Origin: Clostridiales bacterium
GTDB taxonomy: Bacteria; Bacillota; Clostridia; Saccharofermentanales; Saccharofermentanaceae
Length of the DNA: 64,000 nt
NCBI GenBank assembly: GCA_017513085.1
Contig: JAFWDK010000010.1
Coordinates: forward strand, 288,001 to 352,000
Direction of reading: 5' to 3'
Below, in pieces: positions 9,480 to 19,513 of this stretch; position 1 is the first letter of the stretch, and each line of letters begins with the position of its first letter. The notes below the pieces were generated by a model, which had not been told where the DNA came from, did not search any database, and saw only the letters and a list, made by a program, of their open reading frames with translations. The position numbers were made by a program, and so were the translations under genes.

Positions 9480-10031
9480 TTGAAGGATTTTCATGAAAAA
9501 ACTCTGATCATGGATGAACAAGCTATTCATCGTGCTTTGATCCGAATTGCGCATGAGATCATTGAGAAGAACAAAGGCCTTGAGAACGTCGTCCTGATCG
9601 GTATTCAGAGAAGAGGAGTTCCTATGGCTGACCGGATCGCCAAAGTCTTGGAAGAGGTTGAAGGAACGAAACCGGATGTTGGTATACTGGACATCACTTT
9701 TTATAGAGATGATTTGTCTACACTGGCTGCGCATCCTGTGGTAAACGGCACTGCTATTCATTTCAATATTAATGACAAGAAAATCGTCTTGATCGATGAT
9801 GTTCTTTATACCGGAAGAACGGTTAGAGCAGCGATCGAGGCGATTTTTGATATGGGGAGACCTGCCTGCATACAGTTGGCGACTCTTGTGGATCGTGGAC
9901 ACAGACAGTTGCCGATCAGATCTGATTATGTGGGTAAGAATGTACCAACATCGAACACCGAATTGATATCTGTTCAGTTCTCTGAAATAGATGGATGTGA
10001 TAAGGTAGTTCTTTGTGAAGAGGTGAAATAA
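9480..10031 (+). CDS. pyrR: Pyrimidine regulatory protein / uracil phosphoribosyltransferase PyrR
   Basis: [43 protein letters not shown]; TTG start after AGGAG. Confidence 0.95.
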   Translation: MKDFHEKTLIMDEQAIHRALIRIAHEIIEKNKGLENVVLIGIQRRGVPMADRIAKVLEEVEGTKPDVGILDITFYRDDLSTLAAHPVVNGTAIHFNINDKKIVLIDDVLYTGRTVRAAIEAIFDMGRPACIQLATLVDRGHRQLPIRSDYVGKNVPTSNTELISVQFSEIDGCDKVVLCEEVK

Positions 10032-10960
10032 TGGGATTACAAAGTAAGGATTTATTAGGGTTAAAACAGTTGACCGCAGACGAGATCATGGAGATTTTGG
10101 ATACGGCCAAGATGATGAAAATGGTGTTGACTTCCGGAAATAAGAAAACATCACATCTTCAGGGAAAGTCGGTAGTAACTCTCTTTTATGAGAACAGCAC
10201 GAGAACACGTCTTTCTTTCGAATTGGCATCAAAATATATGGGTTCGGCAAGCGCAAACATCTCCACGTCCGGCAGCTCTGTTAACAAAGGCGAATCTTTG
10301 CTGGATACAGCAAGAACGATCGATATGATGGCAACAGACATCATCATCATGCGTCACAGTCAGTCAGGCGCTCCGCATTATCTTGCCCCAAGAGTCAAGG
10401 CTTCGATCGTTAATGCCGGTGATGGTATGAATGAACATCCGACACAGGCTCTTCTGGATATGTTTACACTCTATGAAAAATATGGTCATCTCGATGGCCT
10501 GAAAGTAGCGATTTGCGGTGATTTGTATCACAGCCGTGTAGTAAGAAGCAATGTGATCGGTCTTACCAAACTCGGTTCAACAGTGTCCGTAGCCGGCCCG
10601 CGTACTATGGTTCCTATCGGACTTGAAAAGATGGGCTGCACGGTTTGCCGTTCGGTCTCTGAAGCGGTTAGAGACGCCGATGCAGTAATGGGACTTCGGG
10701 TACAGCTGGAAAGACAACAGAAGTCGCTTTTCCCGTCTGTAGCGGAATACGCAAGATTTTATTCAATTTCCGAGGATGTGCTTAAACTTGCTAAACCGGA
10801 TGCTTATCTGCTTCATCCGGGTCCTTGTAATCATGGAGTGGAACTTCCGACCAGTGTGTATGATTGTCCACAATCTGTTATCAATGAACAAGTTACGAAC
10901 GGTGTTGCCGTCCGTATGGCTGTACTGTACTTATTAATGGCAAGGAGAAATCAGGAATGA
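10031..10960 (+). CDS. pyrB: Aspartate carbamoyltransferase catalytic subunit
   Basis: FYENSTRTR, NAGDG.EHPTQALLD, HPGP. Confidence 0.96.
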   Translation: MGLQSKDLLGLKQLTADEIMEILDTAKMMKMVLTSGNKKTSHLQGKSVVTLFYENSTRTRLSFELASKYMGSASANISTSGSSVNKGESLLDTARTIDMMATDIIIMRHSQSGAPHYLAPRVKASIVNAGDGMNEHPTQALLDMFTLYEKYGHLDGLKVAICGDLYHSRVVRSNVIGLTKLGSTVSVAGPRTMVPIGLEKMGCTVCRSVSEAVRDADAVMGLRVQLERQQKSLFPSVAEYARFYSISEDVLKLAKPDAYLLHPGPCNHGVELPTSVYDCPQSVINEQVTNGVAVRMAVLYLLMARRNQE

Positions 10961-12216
10961 AGAGGATTGAGATTCAAAATGCGACGCACTTCTCCACAAA
11001 TGAGAAGATAACACTTTATATTGAAAATGGTGTTTTTGTAGATGCTCTTTCGGAGAAGGCAGATGAGGTGATAGATGCGGAAGGCCTGACAGTCATGCCT
11101 GGCCTTGTGGATATGCATTGCCATTTGCGTGAACCCGGATTTGAGTATCGCGAAGATATTAAGACCGGAACCTTGAGCGCAGCTAAGGGCGGTTTTTCCA
11201 GTGTTTGCTGTATGCCGAACACTAAACCGGTCTGTGATAATGCGGCTGTTGTTGAGGGTATCCTTCGCAAAGCTGAATTAGTAGGATCAGCGAATGTTTT
11301 CCCGATCGGCGCTGCCAGTAAGGGCCTGGAAGGAAAAGAAATCGCGGAAATGGGCCTGATGAAGGAAGCTGGAATCGTTGCGGTTTCTGACGATGGAAAA
11401 CCGATTGCTACGGCTAATCTTTTGAAAAAAGTACTTGAATATGCTTCCGACTTTGATCTGCCGGTCCTCAACCATTGTGAAGACCTTACTATAGGTGAGG
11501 GCGCAATGAATGATGGTGCGGTGGCTACTTCGCTCGGCTTACGCGGAATCCCGGCTATTGCTGAAGAAATTATGATTTCAAGAGATATACTGACTGCTGA
11601 GTATCTTGATATGCCGATACACATCTGTCATGTCAGTACGGCACGTGGAATCGACTTGATCCGCCAAGCGAAGAAAAGAGGCGTAAAGGTGACATGTGAA
11701 ACATGTCCGCATTACTTCTCATTAACTGAAGATAAGTGTGTTAACTACGACTCCAACTTTAAGATGAATCCTCCGCTTAGAACAGAAGCGGATAGAAAAG
11801 CTGTTATCGAAGGCTTAAAGGATGGGACGATCGATTGCATCGTTACTGATCATGCTCCTCACCATGTGGATGAGAAGGATATCGAGTTTTCTCTGGCTAA
11901 CAACGGTATTATAGGTTTTGAAACTGCTTTTGCCGTAGGTTATACATATCTTGTTAAGCCTGGATATCTTACGCTGACAGAAATGGTAGAAAAAATGACA
12001 ATCAATCCGTCAAAGATTTTACGGCTCGGTCGTGGTACACTGGATAGAGGCGTTCCGGCAGATCTGACTCTGGTCGATCTGAAGCAGGAGTTTGTATATA
12101 CGAAGGAAGAGATCCTGAGTAAATCAACAAATTCACCATATATCGGTGAATCTTTGCAGGGACGTGTTAAAGTGACGATCACGGGAGGAAAGATTACATA
12201 TGATGAACTTCGCTGA
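10957..12216 (+). CDS. pyrC: Dihydroorotase (type I)
   Basis: DMHCHLREPG, CMPNT, KMNPPLR, TDHAPH. Confidence 0.95.
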   Translation: MKRIEIQNATHFSTNEKITLYIENGVFVDALSEKADEVIDAEGLTVMPGLVDMHCHLREPGFEYREDIKTGTLSAAKGGFSSVCCMPNTKPVCDNAAVVEGILRKAELVGSANVFPIGAASKGLEGKEIAEMGLMKEAGIVAVSDDGKPIATANLLKKVLEYASDFDLPVLNHCEDLTIGEGAMNDGAVATSLGLRGIPAIAEEIMISRDILTAEYLDMPIHICHVSTARGIDLIRQAKKRGVKVTCETCPHYFSLTEDKCVNYDSNFKMNPPLRTEADRKAVIEGLKDGTIDCIVTDHAPHHVDEKDIEFSLANNGIIGFETAFAVGYTYLVKPGYLTLTEMVEKMTINPSKILRLGRGTLDRGVPADLTLVDLKQEFVYTKEEILSKSTNSPYIGESLQGRVKVTITGGKITYDELR

Positions 12217-13183
12217 CAGACTTTTAAAGAAGATCGAAGAGTGCAACAATCCTACGGTTATGGGTTTGGATCCGAAATTGGACTATCTTCCGGCATCCAT
12301 GCTTGACGAAAAAAGAAAGACAGCCGGCGAAGATGCTCAAGCTGTTACCGCTGAGGCACTTTGGGAATACAACCGTCTTCTGATCGATGCGGTATATGAT
12401 GTTATTCCGGCTATCAAACCACAGTTTGCTTACTATGAAATGTATGGTTTGCAGGGACTTGGCGCATTAAAGAAGACAATCGATTATGCACACGAAAAAG
12501 GAATGATCGTTATTGGCGACGCGAAGAGAAATGATATCGGAACGACAGCGACAGCTTATGCGAATGCGATCATCGGAGAAACCCGGATCATCGATGGCTC
12601 CTCCGCATGCATGTTTGATTGCGACTGTATCACAGTTAACGGATATTTGGGAATCGACGGAATCAAACCTTTCATGGATGTTGCCAAAGAAAAAGGCAAG
12701 GGACTTTATGTTCTTGTTCGTACATCCAATCCTTCGGCCGGTGATCTTCAGGATCTGAAACTTGAAGATGGCCGACAAGTATTTGAAGCAATGGCGGAAA
12801 ACGTTGAAAAATGGGGTCAGGAATTGATCGGAGAATCCGGCTTCAGTTCTGTTGGCGCAGTAGTTGGCGCAACATGGCCGGAACAAGCAGTGAAAGCAAG
12901 ACAGATCATGCCACATGCTTTGATTCTAATCCCGGGATATGGTGCGCAAGGTGGATCCGGAAAAGATGCCGTTGCCTCTTTTGTTAATGGAAAAGGCGGT
13001 ATCGTTAATGCTTCCCGTTCACTTATGTGCGCATGGAAAAAACGTGAAGATATTGAACCTATGGCTCTTACAGACATTAAGGGACCTTCCGGCGAAACAC
13101 TGCTCGGATTCCAGAAAGCAACCAGAGAAGAAGCACTTCGTATGCGTGATGATTTGAATAGTGCCCTTCAAGAGAAAGCTTAA
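12203..13183 (+). CDS. pyrF: Orotidine-5'-phosphate decarboxylase
   Basis: GLDP, KPQFAYYE, DAKRNDIGTT, PGYGAQGG, VNASRS. Confidence 0.95.
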   Translation: MNFADRLLKKIEECNNPTVMGLDPKLDYLPASMLDEKRKTAGEDAQAVTAEALWEYNRLLIDAVYDVIPAIKPQFAYYEMYGLQGLGALKKTIDYAHEKGMIVIGDAKRNDIGTTATAYANAIIGETRIIDGSSACMFDCDCITVNGYLGIDGIKPFMDVAKEKGKGLYVLVRTSNPSAGDLQDLKLEDGRQVFEAMAENVEKWGQELIGESGFSSVGAVVGATWPEQAVKARQIMPHALILIPGYGAQGGSGKDAVASFVNGKGGIVNASRSLMCAWKKREDIEPMALTDIKGPSGETLLGFQKATREEALRMRDDLNSALQEKA

Positions 13184-13195
13184 TGAGGAGTTTTT

Positions 13196-13978
13196 ATGAA
13201 GTCGGAATATAATGTTCAACTTGTAAACAAAAGAGTCTTGGGCGATACATGCGCTGTATTGACTTTTTCTTGCCCGGAGATCGCCGCAGAGGGGCGTCCG
13301 GGTCAGTTTATCAATCTGTCCTGCTCAAAATTTTTGAAAAGACCTTTCGGAATTATGTGTACAGATAAGGTTTCCGGAACTTTTTCAATCGGAGTTCGTA
13401 AAGTCGGCAAAGGCACAGAACAGATTTTGACTGCCAATGAAGGAGATCAATTTACTGTACTCGGCCCGCTTGGAAACGGTTTTGATTTTGACGGTGTCGG
13501 TAAACTCATCTTAGTTGGTGGCGGCACCGGTATTTTCCCGATATTCTTTGCTGCGGAATATGCGTCAGAACTCGGTATTCCGGTCACAGTCGTAAACGGA
13601 TACCGTTCCAAGGCAGATGCTTTTCTATACGAAGACTTTTCAAAGATCACCGAGAATTTCATGGTGACCACGGACAGTGGAGATCTTGGAATCAAGGGCA
13701 ATGTCATGGCTTGCTTGAGCGAACTCGACAAAGCAATAACAGATGGCGCTACCTGTTTTGTAGTCGGACCGGGAATAATGATGCAGAAAGTATCCGAATG
13801 GGCTATGGCAAATGGACTTTCCTGCTATGTTTCATTGGAGCAGCGGATGGCATGCGGAATCGGTGCTTGCCTGGTATGTGTTTGCAAGATCAAAGCCGAA
13901 CAGGAAGGAAAAGAATTTGTACACAAGAGATGCTGCAAAGATGGTCCGGTTTTCCGTGCTGAGGAGGTGATCTGGTGA
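13196..13978 (+). CDS. pyrK: Dihydroorotate dehydrogenase electron transfer subunit
   Basis: PGQF, RPF, GPLGNGF, GGGTG, MACGIGACLVC...C 2Fe-2S motif. Confidence 0.93.
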   Translation: MKSEYNVQLVNKRVLGDTCAVLTFSCPEIAAEGRPGQFINLSCSKFLKRPFGIMCTDKVSGTFSIGVRKVGKGTEQILTANEGDQFTVLGPLGNGFDFDGVGKLILVGGGTGIFPIFFAAEYASELGIPVTVVNGYRSKADAFLYEDFSKITENFMVTTDSGDLGIKGNVMACLSELDKAITDGATCFVVGPGIMMQKVSEWAMANGLSCYVSLEQRMACGIGACLVCVCKIKAEQEGKEFVHKRCCKDGPVFRAEEVIW

Positions 13979-14892
13979 GTATTGCCGTAAAAGTAGGTGA
14001 AGTAAAACTCAAGAATCCGATTATACTTGCATCCGGTACTTGCGGATTTGGCAGAGAACTGGCTGAGTATATGGATCTTGGCAAATTAGGGGCTCTGTCT
14101 TCAAAAGGATTAACACTTCTGCCAAGAGATGGAAACAAGAGTGTCCGTGTTGCGGAGACTCCTTCCGGTATGCTGAATTGTGTAGGATTGCAGAATCCCG
14201 GCGTCGATGCTTTTCTTGAGACGGAATTAGATTATATGGTTCAGACCGGCGCGGGTGTTGTAGTCAATGTGGCAGGGCATTCTGATGAAGATTATCTGGC
14301 CATGGTAGAAAAACTTGATCCTTATAAAGAAAAGATCGATGCTTTTGAATTGAATTTCTCCTGCCCGAATGTAAAAGAAGGATGTATGGTTATCGGTTCT
14401 TCCCCTAAGGCGATCCAGTCACTCGTTTCCCGCTTAAGAAAGCTGACTGATCTCCCGTTGTGGGTAAAGCTGACTCCGAATGTCACATCTGTTTCCGAGA
14501 CTGCCAAAGGCGCGGAAGCGGGTGGTGCAGATGCCATCGTAGCCATAAATACCATGCTGGGAATGGCTATTGATATAAAAACCAGAAGACCTATCCTTCA
14601 TAACAATACGGGAGGACTTTCCGGACCTTGCGTCAAGCCGGTAGCTATCCGTATGGTACATGAGATCTATGACGCCGTGAAGATCCCGGTTGTCGGATGC
14701 GGTGGTATTTCCACCTACGAAGATGTCCTTGAATTCATGATCGCCGGCGCATCGGCAGTTGAACTCGGCACAATTTCTCTTGTACATCCGACACGTCCGG
14801 TTGAGATCGTAAATGACTTGGAACAATACGTAAAACAGAATAATATCGAAGGTTTAGCTTCCTTGACAGGAACGCTGGAAATGTGGAGGTAA
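13975..14892 (+). CDS. pyrD: Dihydroorotate dehydrogenase class 1B catalytic subunit
   Basis: NPIILASGT, ELNFSCPNV, VKLTPNV, INT, GGLSGP. Confidence 0.95.
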   Translation: MSIAVKVGEVKLKNPIILASGTCGFGRELAEYMDLGKLGALSSKGLTLLPRDGNKSVRVAETPSGMLNCVGLQNPGVDAFLETELDYMVQTGAGVVVNVAGHSDEDYLAMVEKLDPYKEKIDAFELNFSCPNVKEGCMVIGSSPKAIQSLVSRLRKLTDLPLWVKLTPNVTSVSETAKGAEAGGADAIVAINTMLGMAIDIKTRRPILHNNTGGLSGPCVKPVAIRMVHEIYDAVKIPVVGCGGISTYEDVLEFMIAGASAVELGTISLVHPTRPVEIVNDLEQYVKQNNIEGLASLTGTLEMWR

Positions 14893-14898
14893 GATAAC

Positions 14899-15762
14899 AT
14901 GACAACAATTCAAGATTATTTATTTGCAACAAACGCAGTACGAGTAAGCGATCCGGAAAAATCGTTCTGGTATGCTTCCGGTACGCTTGGTCCTTTTTAT
15001 GTAAATACGCATTTCCTGATCGAATCAGAGGAAAAAGCAAATGAACTTCTTTCAAAGATCGAAGACGCAGCTGCCGGCGATCGTACGGATTTTCTGAGTG
15101 CTATTTTCCCGTTCATCAAAAACCAGTATGAAAGATCGGAATCCTACAAGATGGTGATCGATCAGATCGTTTCTAAGGCAAAAGAACTGGAGTTTGATTA
15201 CATCTCCGGTGGAGAACGCCGTGATTTCTTTTTCAGCGTGATGCCTGCATTCATCTTAGGAAAACCGCATGTAAGTATTTTTAAAGATGGTGAAACATAT
15301 TACTCTTCATCTGTGGAAGCCAAAGCGGTCAAAGTTGGAAAAGGAGACCTTTCCGGTAAAAAAGCACTTCATATTGCAGATTTGATCACTGAAGCTTCCA
15401 GTTATACTAATGCATGGATCCCTTCTATCCGAAATCTCGGATCAGAGATCACGGACACCATTGCCGTCATCAACCGTCTTCAGGGGGGAGAAGAGAATCT
15501 TAGAAAAGAAGGCGTGAACATGTACACCTTCGCAAATATTGAATTCTCGCTCTTTAAAGATGCTGCGGAGAAGGGGATCCTCACCGACGCCCAGAAAGAT
15601 ATGGTGGCCCGTTTTATGAAGGATCCGATCGAGTATATGAAAGAGTTTTTGTTAGCGCATCCTTCTTTCATCGACGACCAGATCGCTCTCGGCGGCAAAC
15701 CGAAGCAGCGCGCTGAAATGGCTATTTCCCGTGGATATGTACCGGGAAGAAGTGAAGTATGA
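14899..15762 (+). CDS. pyrE: Orotate phosphoribosyltransferase, long clostridial type
   Basis: FWYASGTLGPFYVN, PRT-like HIADLITEASS, NRLQGG; position in pyr operon. Confidence 0.8.
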   Translation: MTTIQDYLFATNAVRVSDPEKSFWYASGTLGPFYVNTHFLIESEEKANELLSKIEDAAAGDRTDFLSAIFPFIKNQYERSESYKMVIDQIVSKAKELEFDYISGGERRDFFFSVMPAFILGKPHVSIFKDGETYYSSSVEAKAVKVGKGDLSGKKALHIADLITEASSYTNAWIPSIRNLGSEITDTIAVINRLQGGEENLRKEGVNMYTFANIEFSLFKDAAEKGILTDAQKDMVARFMKDPIEYMKEFLLAHPSFIDDQIALGGKPKQRAEMAISRGYVPGRSEV

Positions 15763-16319
15763 CGCCCGGCGAAAGGATCACATCAAAACTGAAGATCCCG
15801 TATTCGTTGCAATACGGAAAACGAAGAAGACTAAAGATCACGCTCGATATTCACGGGCGTGTTCTTGCCTTCGCGCCCTTACGTCTGACGATCCGGGAAA
15901 TCGAAAGCTTTATAGAGGAGCATGCAGACTGGATCGAAAAGAACAGAAAAAAGCTTTTGTCCGACATTGTGCTGTCTTCTGATGACAGTATAGAGAAAAA
16001 GAAACGAAAAGCAGACGAACTAAAGCTTTGGGCCGGTTCTTTTCTTGAAAAATACGAGGGAAGACGTCCGAAAAGAATTACGATCCGCGAAATGAGCAGC
16101 AGGTGGGGATCGTGCTCTTCGTCAGGTAATATATCGCTGAATCTTTATCTGTATGAAGTGGACGAGTCTCTCCGCGAATATGTCCTGATACATGAATTGT
16201 CTCATCTTTATCAGATGAACCATTCGCCGTTGTTTTGGAATAAAGTATCCGAGATTTGTCCGGATTACCGTGAGAGACGGAAAGCGCTCCGCAAATATCG
16301 TCTGCCCGGAAAAAGATAA
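15759..16319 (+). CDS. YgjP/DUF45-family Zn metallo-hydrolase
   Basis: MSSRWGSCSS, YVLIHELSHL..NHS..FW; ATGA overlap with pyrE. Confidence 0.85.
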   Translation: MTPGERITSKLKIPYSLQYGKRRRLKITLDIHGRVLAFAPLRLTIREIESFIEEHADWIEKNRKKLLSDIVLSSDDSIEKKKRKADELKLWAGSFLEKYEGRRPKRITIREMSSRWGSCSSSGNISLNLYLYEVDESLREYVLIHELSHLYQMNHSPLFWNKVSEICPDYRERRKALRKYRLPGKR

Positions 16320-16396
16320 ATCCTGTAAAATGTGTTGTATTTATTGTTTTTTGGTATACTAGAAATTGATCTAATATCGACGATGAGGGCATAAAT

Positions 16397-18100
16397 ATGA
16401 AAAACATTCCACTTTATGAAGTCCGACACATTGAAGATCTGCGCGATATGCTGAAGCAGAGCGTTGAGTTATACGGTGATCAGCCGCTTTTCTATTATAA
16501 AAAAGTGAAGGGTGGCGACTACGAATACTATACGTTTAAAGAGTATAACCGTTCTGTTCAGGCGATGGGTACAGGTCTTTCGCACCTTTGTGGTTTAGGC
16601 TCGCGTATCGCGATTCTTGCTGAGACCAGATATGAATGGTATGTAAGTTATTTGGCAACTACGAACGGTACCGGCATTGTGGTTCCTTTGGACAAAGAAC
16701 TTCCTCCGGACGAGGTAGCCAGCTGTTTGAACCGTGCAGAGGTCAGCTGCATTATCTATTCTTCCTCAAAACAGAATGTTCTTGATCAGATCAAAGATCA
16801 GATCCCGAATGTAAAGTATTTTATCTGCATGGATAAGACCGATAAGGACGGCGTGCAGTACTTTTACGATGTATTGAATAAAGGTCAGGAACTCCTTGAT
16901 TCCGGAGACCGTCTGTTCCTGGATGCACCGATCGATCGGGAAGCTATGACCGTGCTGCTTTTCACTAGTGGTACTACGGATCGTTCCAAGGCGGTTATGC
17001 TGTGCCAGAAGAATATCTGCAAAAACCTTGAAGGTATGTGCTCCATGCTTTATATCGATCAGAATGATATGTTCCTGTCAGTCCTTCCTTTGCACCATAC
17101 TTATGAATGCACTTGTGGTTTTCTGTGTCAGGTTTATCGTGGCTCACATATTGCGATCTGCGAAGGTCTTCGCTATATCGTGCCGAATATGCAGCAATCC
17201 AAAGTATCCATCATACTGGTTGTACCGCTCATGCTTGAAAAATTTCATAAAAGCATCATGTCCAAGGCGAAAGCAACTAAGAAAATGGCCCGTAAATTTG
17301 AGTTTGGGCGTAAACTCTGCCGTTTCCTTCTGTTCTTTGGTATCGACAAGCGTAAGAAGATCTTCAAACAGGTCCATGAGACATTCGGTGGTAATCTTCG
17401 AATGATCATCAGCGGCGGTGCTGCCATCGATCCTCAGATCATGCAGGACATGCAGGATATGGGTTTTGGCTGTGTACAAGGTTATGGACTTACCGAGTGT
17501 GCACCGATCCTTGCCTTAAACCGTGACTGTGATTTCAATAACCGTGCGGCAGGTCTTCCGCTTCCGGATGTTGATGTACAAGTTATTGATAAAGATGAGA
17601 ATGGTATTGGCGAGTTTATCGCGAAGGGCGACAATGTCATGCTTGGCTACTACAAGGATGAGGAAGCTACCAAGGCCGCTTTAGATGAAAACGGTTACTA
17701 CCATACCGGCGATCTGGGATATATTGATAAAGACGGATTCTGTATCATTACCGGTCGAAAGAAGAATGTCATTATCGCCAAGAACGGTAAAAATGTATTC
17801 CCGGAAGAAATCGAAACTATGCTTTGTATGTCTGAATATGTTGAAGAGTGCCTGGTTTCCGGTGATGAAGAGAATGATGATGTTATTATCACCGCGACGA
17901 TCTTCCCGTGTATGGAAGAAGTCAAGAAACTTCTCGGTGAGAATCCGGATGATGATGCGATACAGAGTCTTTTGGAGGATGAAGTTTCTAAGGTTAATAA
18001 GAATCTGGTCAACTATAAACATATCAAGCGCGTGATCCTTAGAGAGACCGAGTTTGATAAAACAACAAGCAAGAAGATCAGAAGACAATATAAGAAGTAA
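16397..18100 (+). CDS. Long-chain acyl-CoA synthetase (AMP-binding)
   Basis: FTSGTT, GYGLTE, YHTGDLG, ITGRKKNVI...GKNVFPEEIE. Confidence 0.9.
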   Translation: MKNIPLYEVRHIEDLRDMLKQSVELYGDQPLFYYKKVKGGDYEYYTFKEYNRSVQAMGTGLSHLCGLGSRIAILAETRYEWYVSYLATTNGTGIVVPLDKELPPDEVASCLNRAEVSCIIYSSSKQNVLDQIKDQIPNVKYFICMDKTDKDGVQYFYDVLNKGQELLDSGDRLFLDAPIDREAMTVLLFTSGTTDRSKAVMLCQKNICKNLEGMCSMLYIDQNDMFLSVLPLHHTYECTCGFLCQVYRGSHIAICEGLRYIVPNMQQSKVSIILVVPLMLEKFHKSIMSKAKATKKMARKFEFGRKLCRFLLFFGIDKRKKIFKQVHETFGGNLRMIISGGAAIDPQIMQDMQDMGFGCVQGYGLTECAPILALNRDCDFNNRAAGLPLPDVDVQVIDKDENGIGEFIAKGDNVMLGYYKDEEATKAALDENGYYHTGDLGYIDKDGFCIITGRKKNVIIAKNGKNVFPEEIETMLCMSEYVEECLVSGDEENDDVIITATIFPCMEEVKKLLGENPDDDAIQSLLEDEVSKVNKNLVNYKHIKRVILRETEFDKTTSKKIRRQYKK

Positions 18101-18115
18101 TAAGGAGGCATCTGA

Positions 18116-19501
18116 ATGTTATCCACCGCAAGTATGGAGCGAATCCTCGCCGCGGCGCTTTCCCACGGCGGAGATTTCTCGGAAATCTATATCGAGCGGA
18201 CAAAATTATCGTCAGTGTCGTTGTTGAACGGCGTAGTAGAGAATACCGGTTCAAGTATTGATTGCGGAATCGGTATTCGCATTTTGGAAGGCGATAAATG
18301 TGTCTACGTGTATTCTAACGATATATACAATGAAGAAAAACTGATCCAAATGGCAAAGAATGCTTCGGCTTCATTGAAGGAAGTGCCTGGAGGAAGAACG
18401 GTTTACCTTAAACCTGTGATCGAATATAAGTCGCAGCCTTGCATTATTTCGCCATCTTCCGTTGCGAAGTCTGATAAAGTATATAAGCTTCGTAAGGCCG
18501 GTGAAACCGCCAAGAACTACTCATCTATGATTTCCCAGACTTCTGCAGCCTGCTCGGATGCGGAAAAGGAAATCTGGATCGCTAATTCGGAAGGCCTTTC
18601 CGTTTCGGATACCCGTTGCCGTACCAGACTCATCATTCAGGCTATCGCCAGTGACGGAAACGACAAACAAACCGGTTATTTCGGCCCTGGAAGTGGAGAA
18701 GGTTTCGAATTCGTCGAGAAATATGATCTTGATGAAAAGGCAAGAGAAGCCGCTCGTATCGCTTCGACGATGATATCCGCCAAACCTTGTCCATCCGGAA
18801 AGATGCCTGTTGTCATCGGCAATGCTTTTGGAGGAGTAATCTTCCACGAAGCCTGTGGACATGCATTGGAAGCTACTGCTGTCGGCATACGTGCGTCCTA
18901 TTTTACCGATAAAAAAGGACTTGCTATTGCCAGCCCGATAGTTACTGCGTATGACGATGCCAAGATCAACAAAGAATGGGGTAGTTACGATGTCGATGAT
19001 GAAGGAACACCTTCCACGACGAATCTTCTTATCAAGGACGGTATTTTGAACAGTTATCTTGTAGATCGTATCGGCAGCCGGAGAATGGGTGAACCTTCTA
19101 CAGGATGTGCAAGAAGACAGAATTACTCCTATGCGCCGACATCCCGTATGTCTAATACATTCATAGCTGCAGGAAAGAGTACGAAAGACGAGATCATTTC
19201 TGACACAGAATACGGGCTTTATGCATGCAACATGGGTGGCGGTTCTGTCGATACATCAACGGGAGAGTTCAATTTTGCCGTGAATGAAGCGTATATTATT
19301 CGTAATGGTAAGATTTGCGAGCCGGTTAAGGGAGCCACTCTGATTGGAAAAGGCAATGAAGTTCTTATGAACATCGATAAAGTGGGAGACGATCTGGCTT
19401 TGTCCCAGGGTATTTGTGGCTCCAGTAGTGGAAACATACCTGTGGATGTCGGACAGCCTACTATCCGCGTTTCAGAGATCACTGTCGGTGGACAGGCATA
19501 A
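18116..19501 (+). CDS. tldD: TldD metalloprotease subunit
   Basis: FHEACGHALE, DDEG, RMSNT, C-terminal CG...PV..GQPT. Confidence 0.9.
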   Translation: MLSTASMERILAAALSHGGDFSEIYIERTKLSSVSLLNGVVENTGSSIDCGIGIRILEGDKCVYVYSNDIYNEEKLIQMAKNASASLKEVPGGRTVYLKPVIEYKSQPCIISPSSVAKSDKVYKLRKAGETAKNYSSMISQTSAACSDAEKEIWIANSEGLSVSDTRCRTRLIIQAIASDGNDKQTGYFGPGSGEGFEFVEKYDLDEKAREAARIASTMISAKPCPSGKMPVVIGNAFGGVIFHEACGHALEATAVGIRASYFTDKKGLAIASPIVTAYDDAKINKEWGSYDVDDEGTPSTTNLLIKDGILNSYLVDRIGSRRMGEPSTGCARRQNYSYAPTSRMSNTFIAAGKSTKDEIISDTEYGLYACNMGGGSVDTSTGEFNFAVNEAYIIRNGKICEPVKGATLIGKGNEVLMNIDKVGDDLALSQGICGSSSGNIPVDVGQPTIRVSEITVGGQA

Positions 19502-19513
19502 GAAGGGAAGAAT

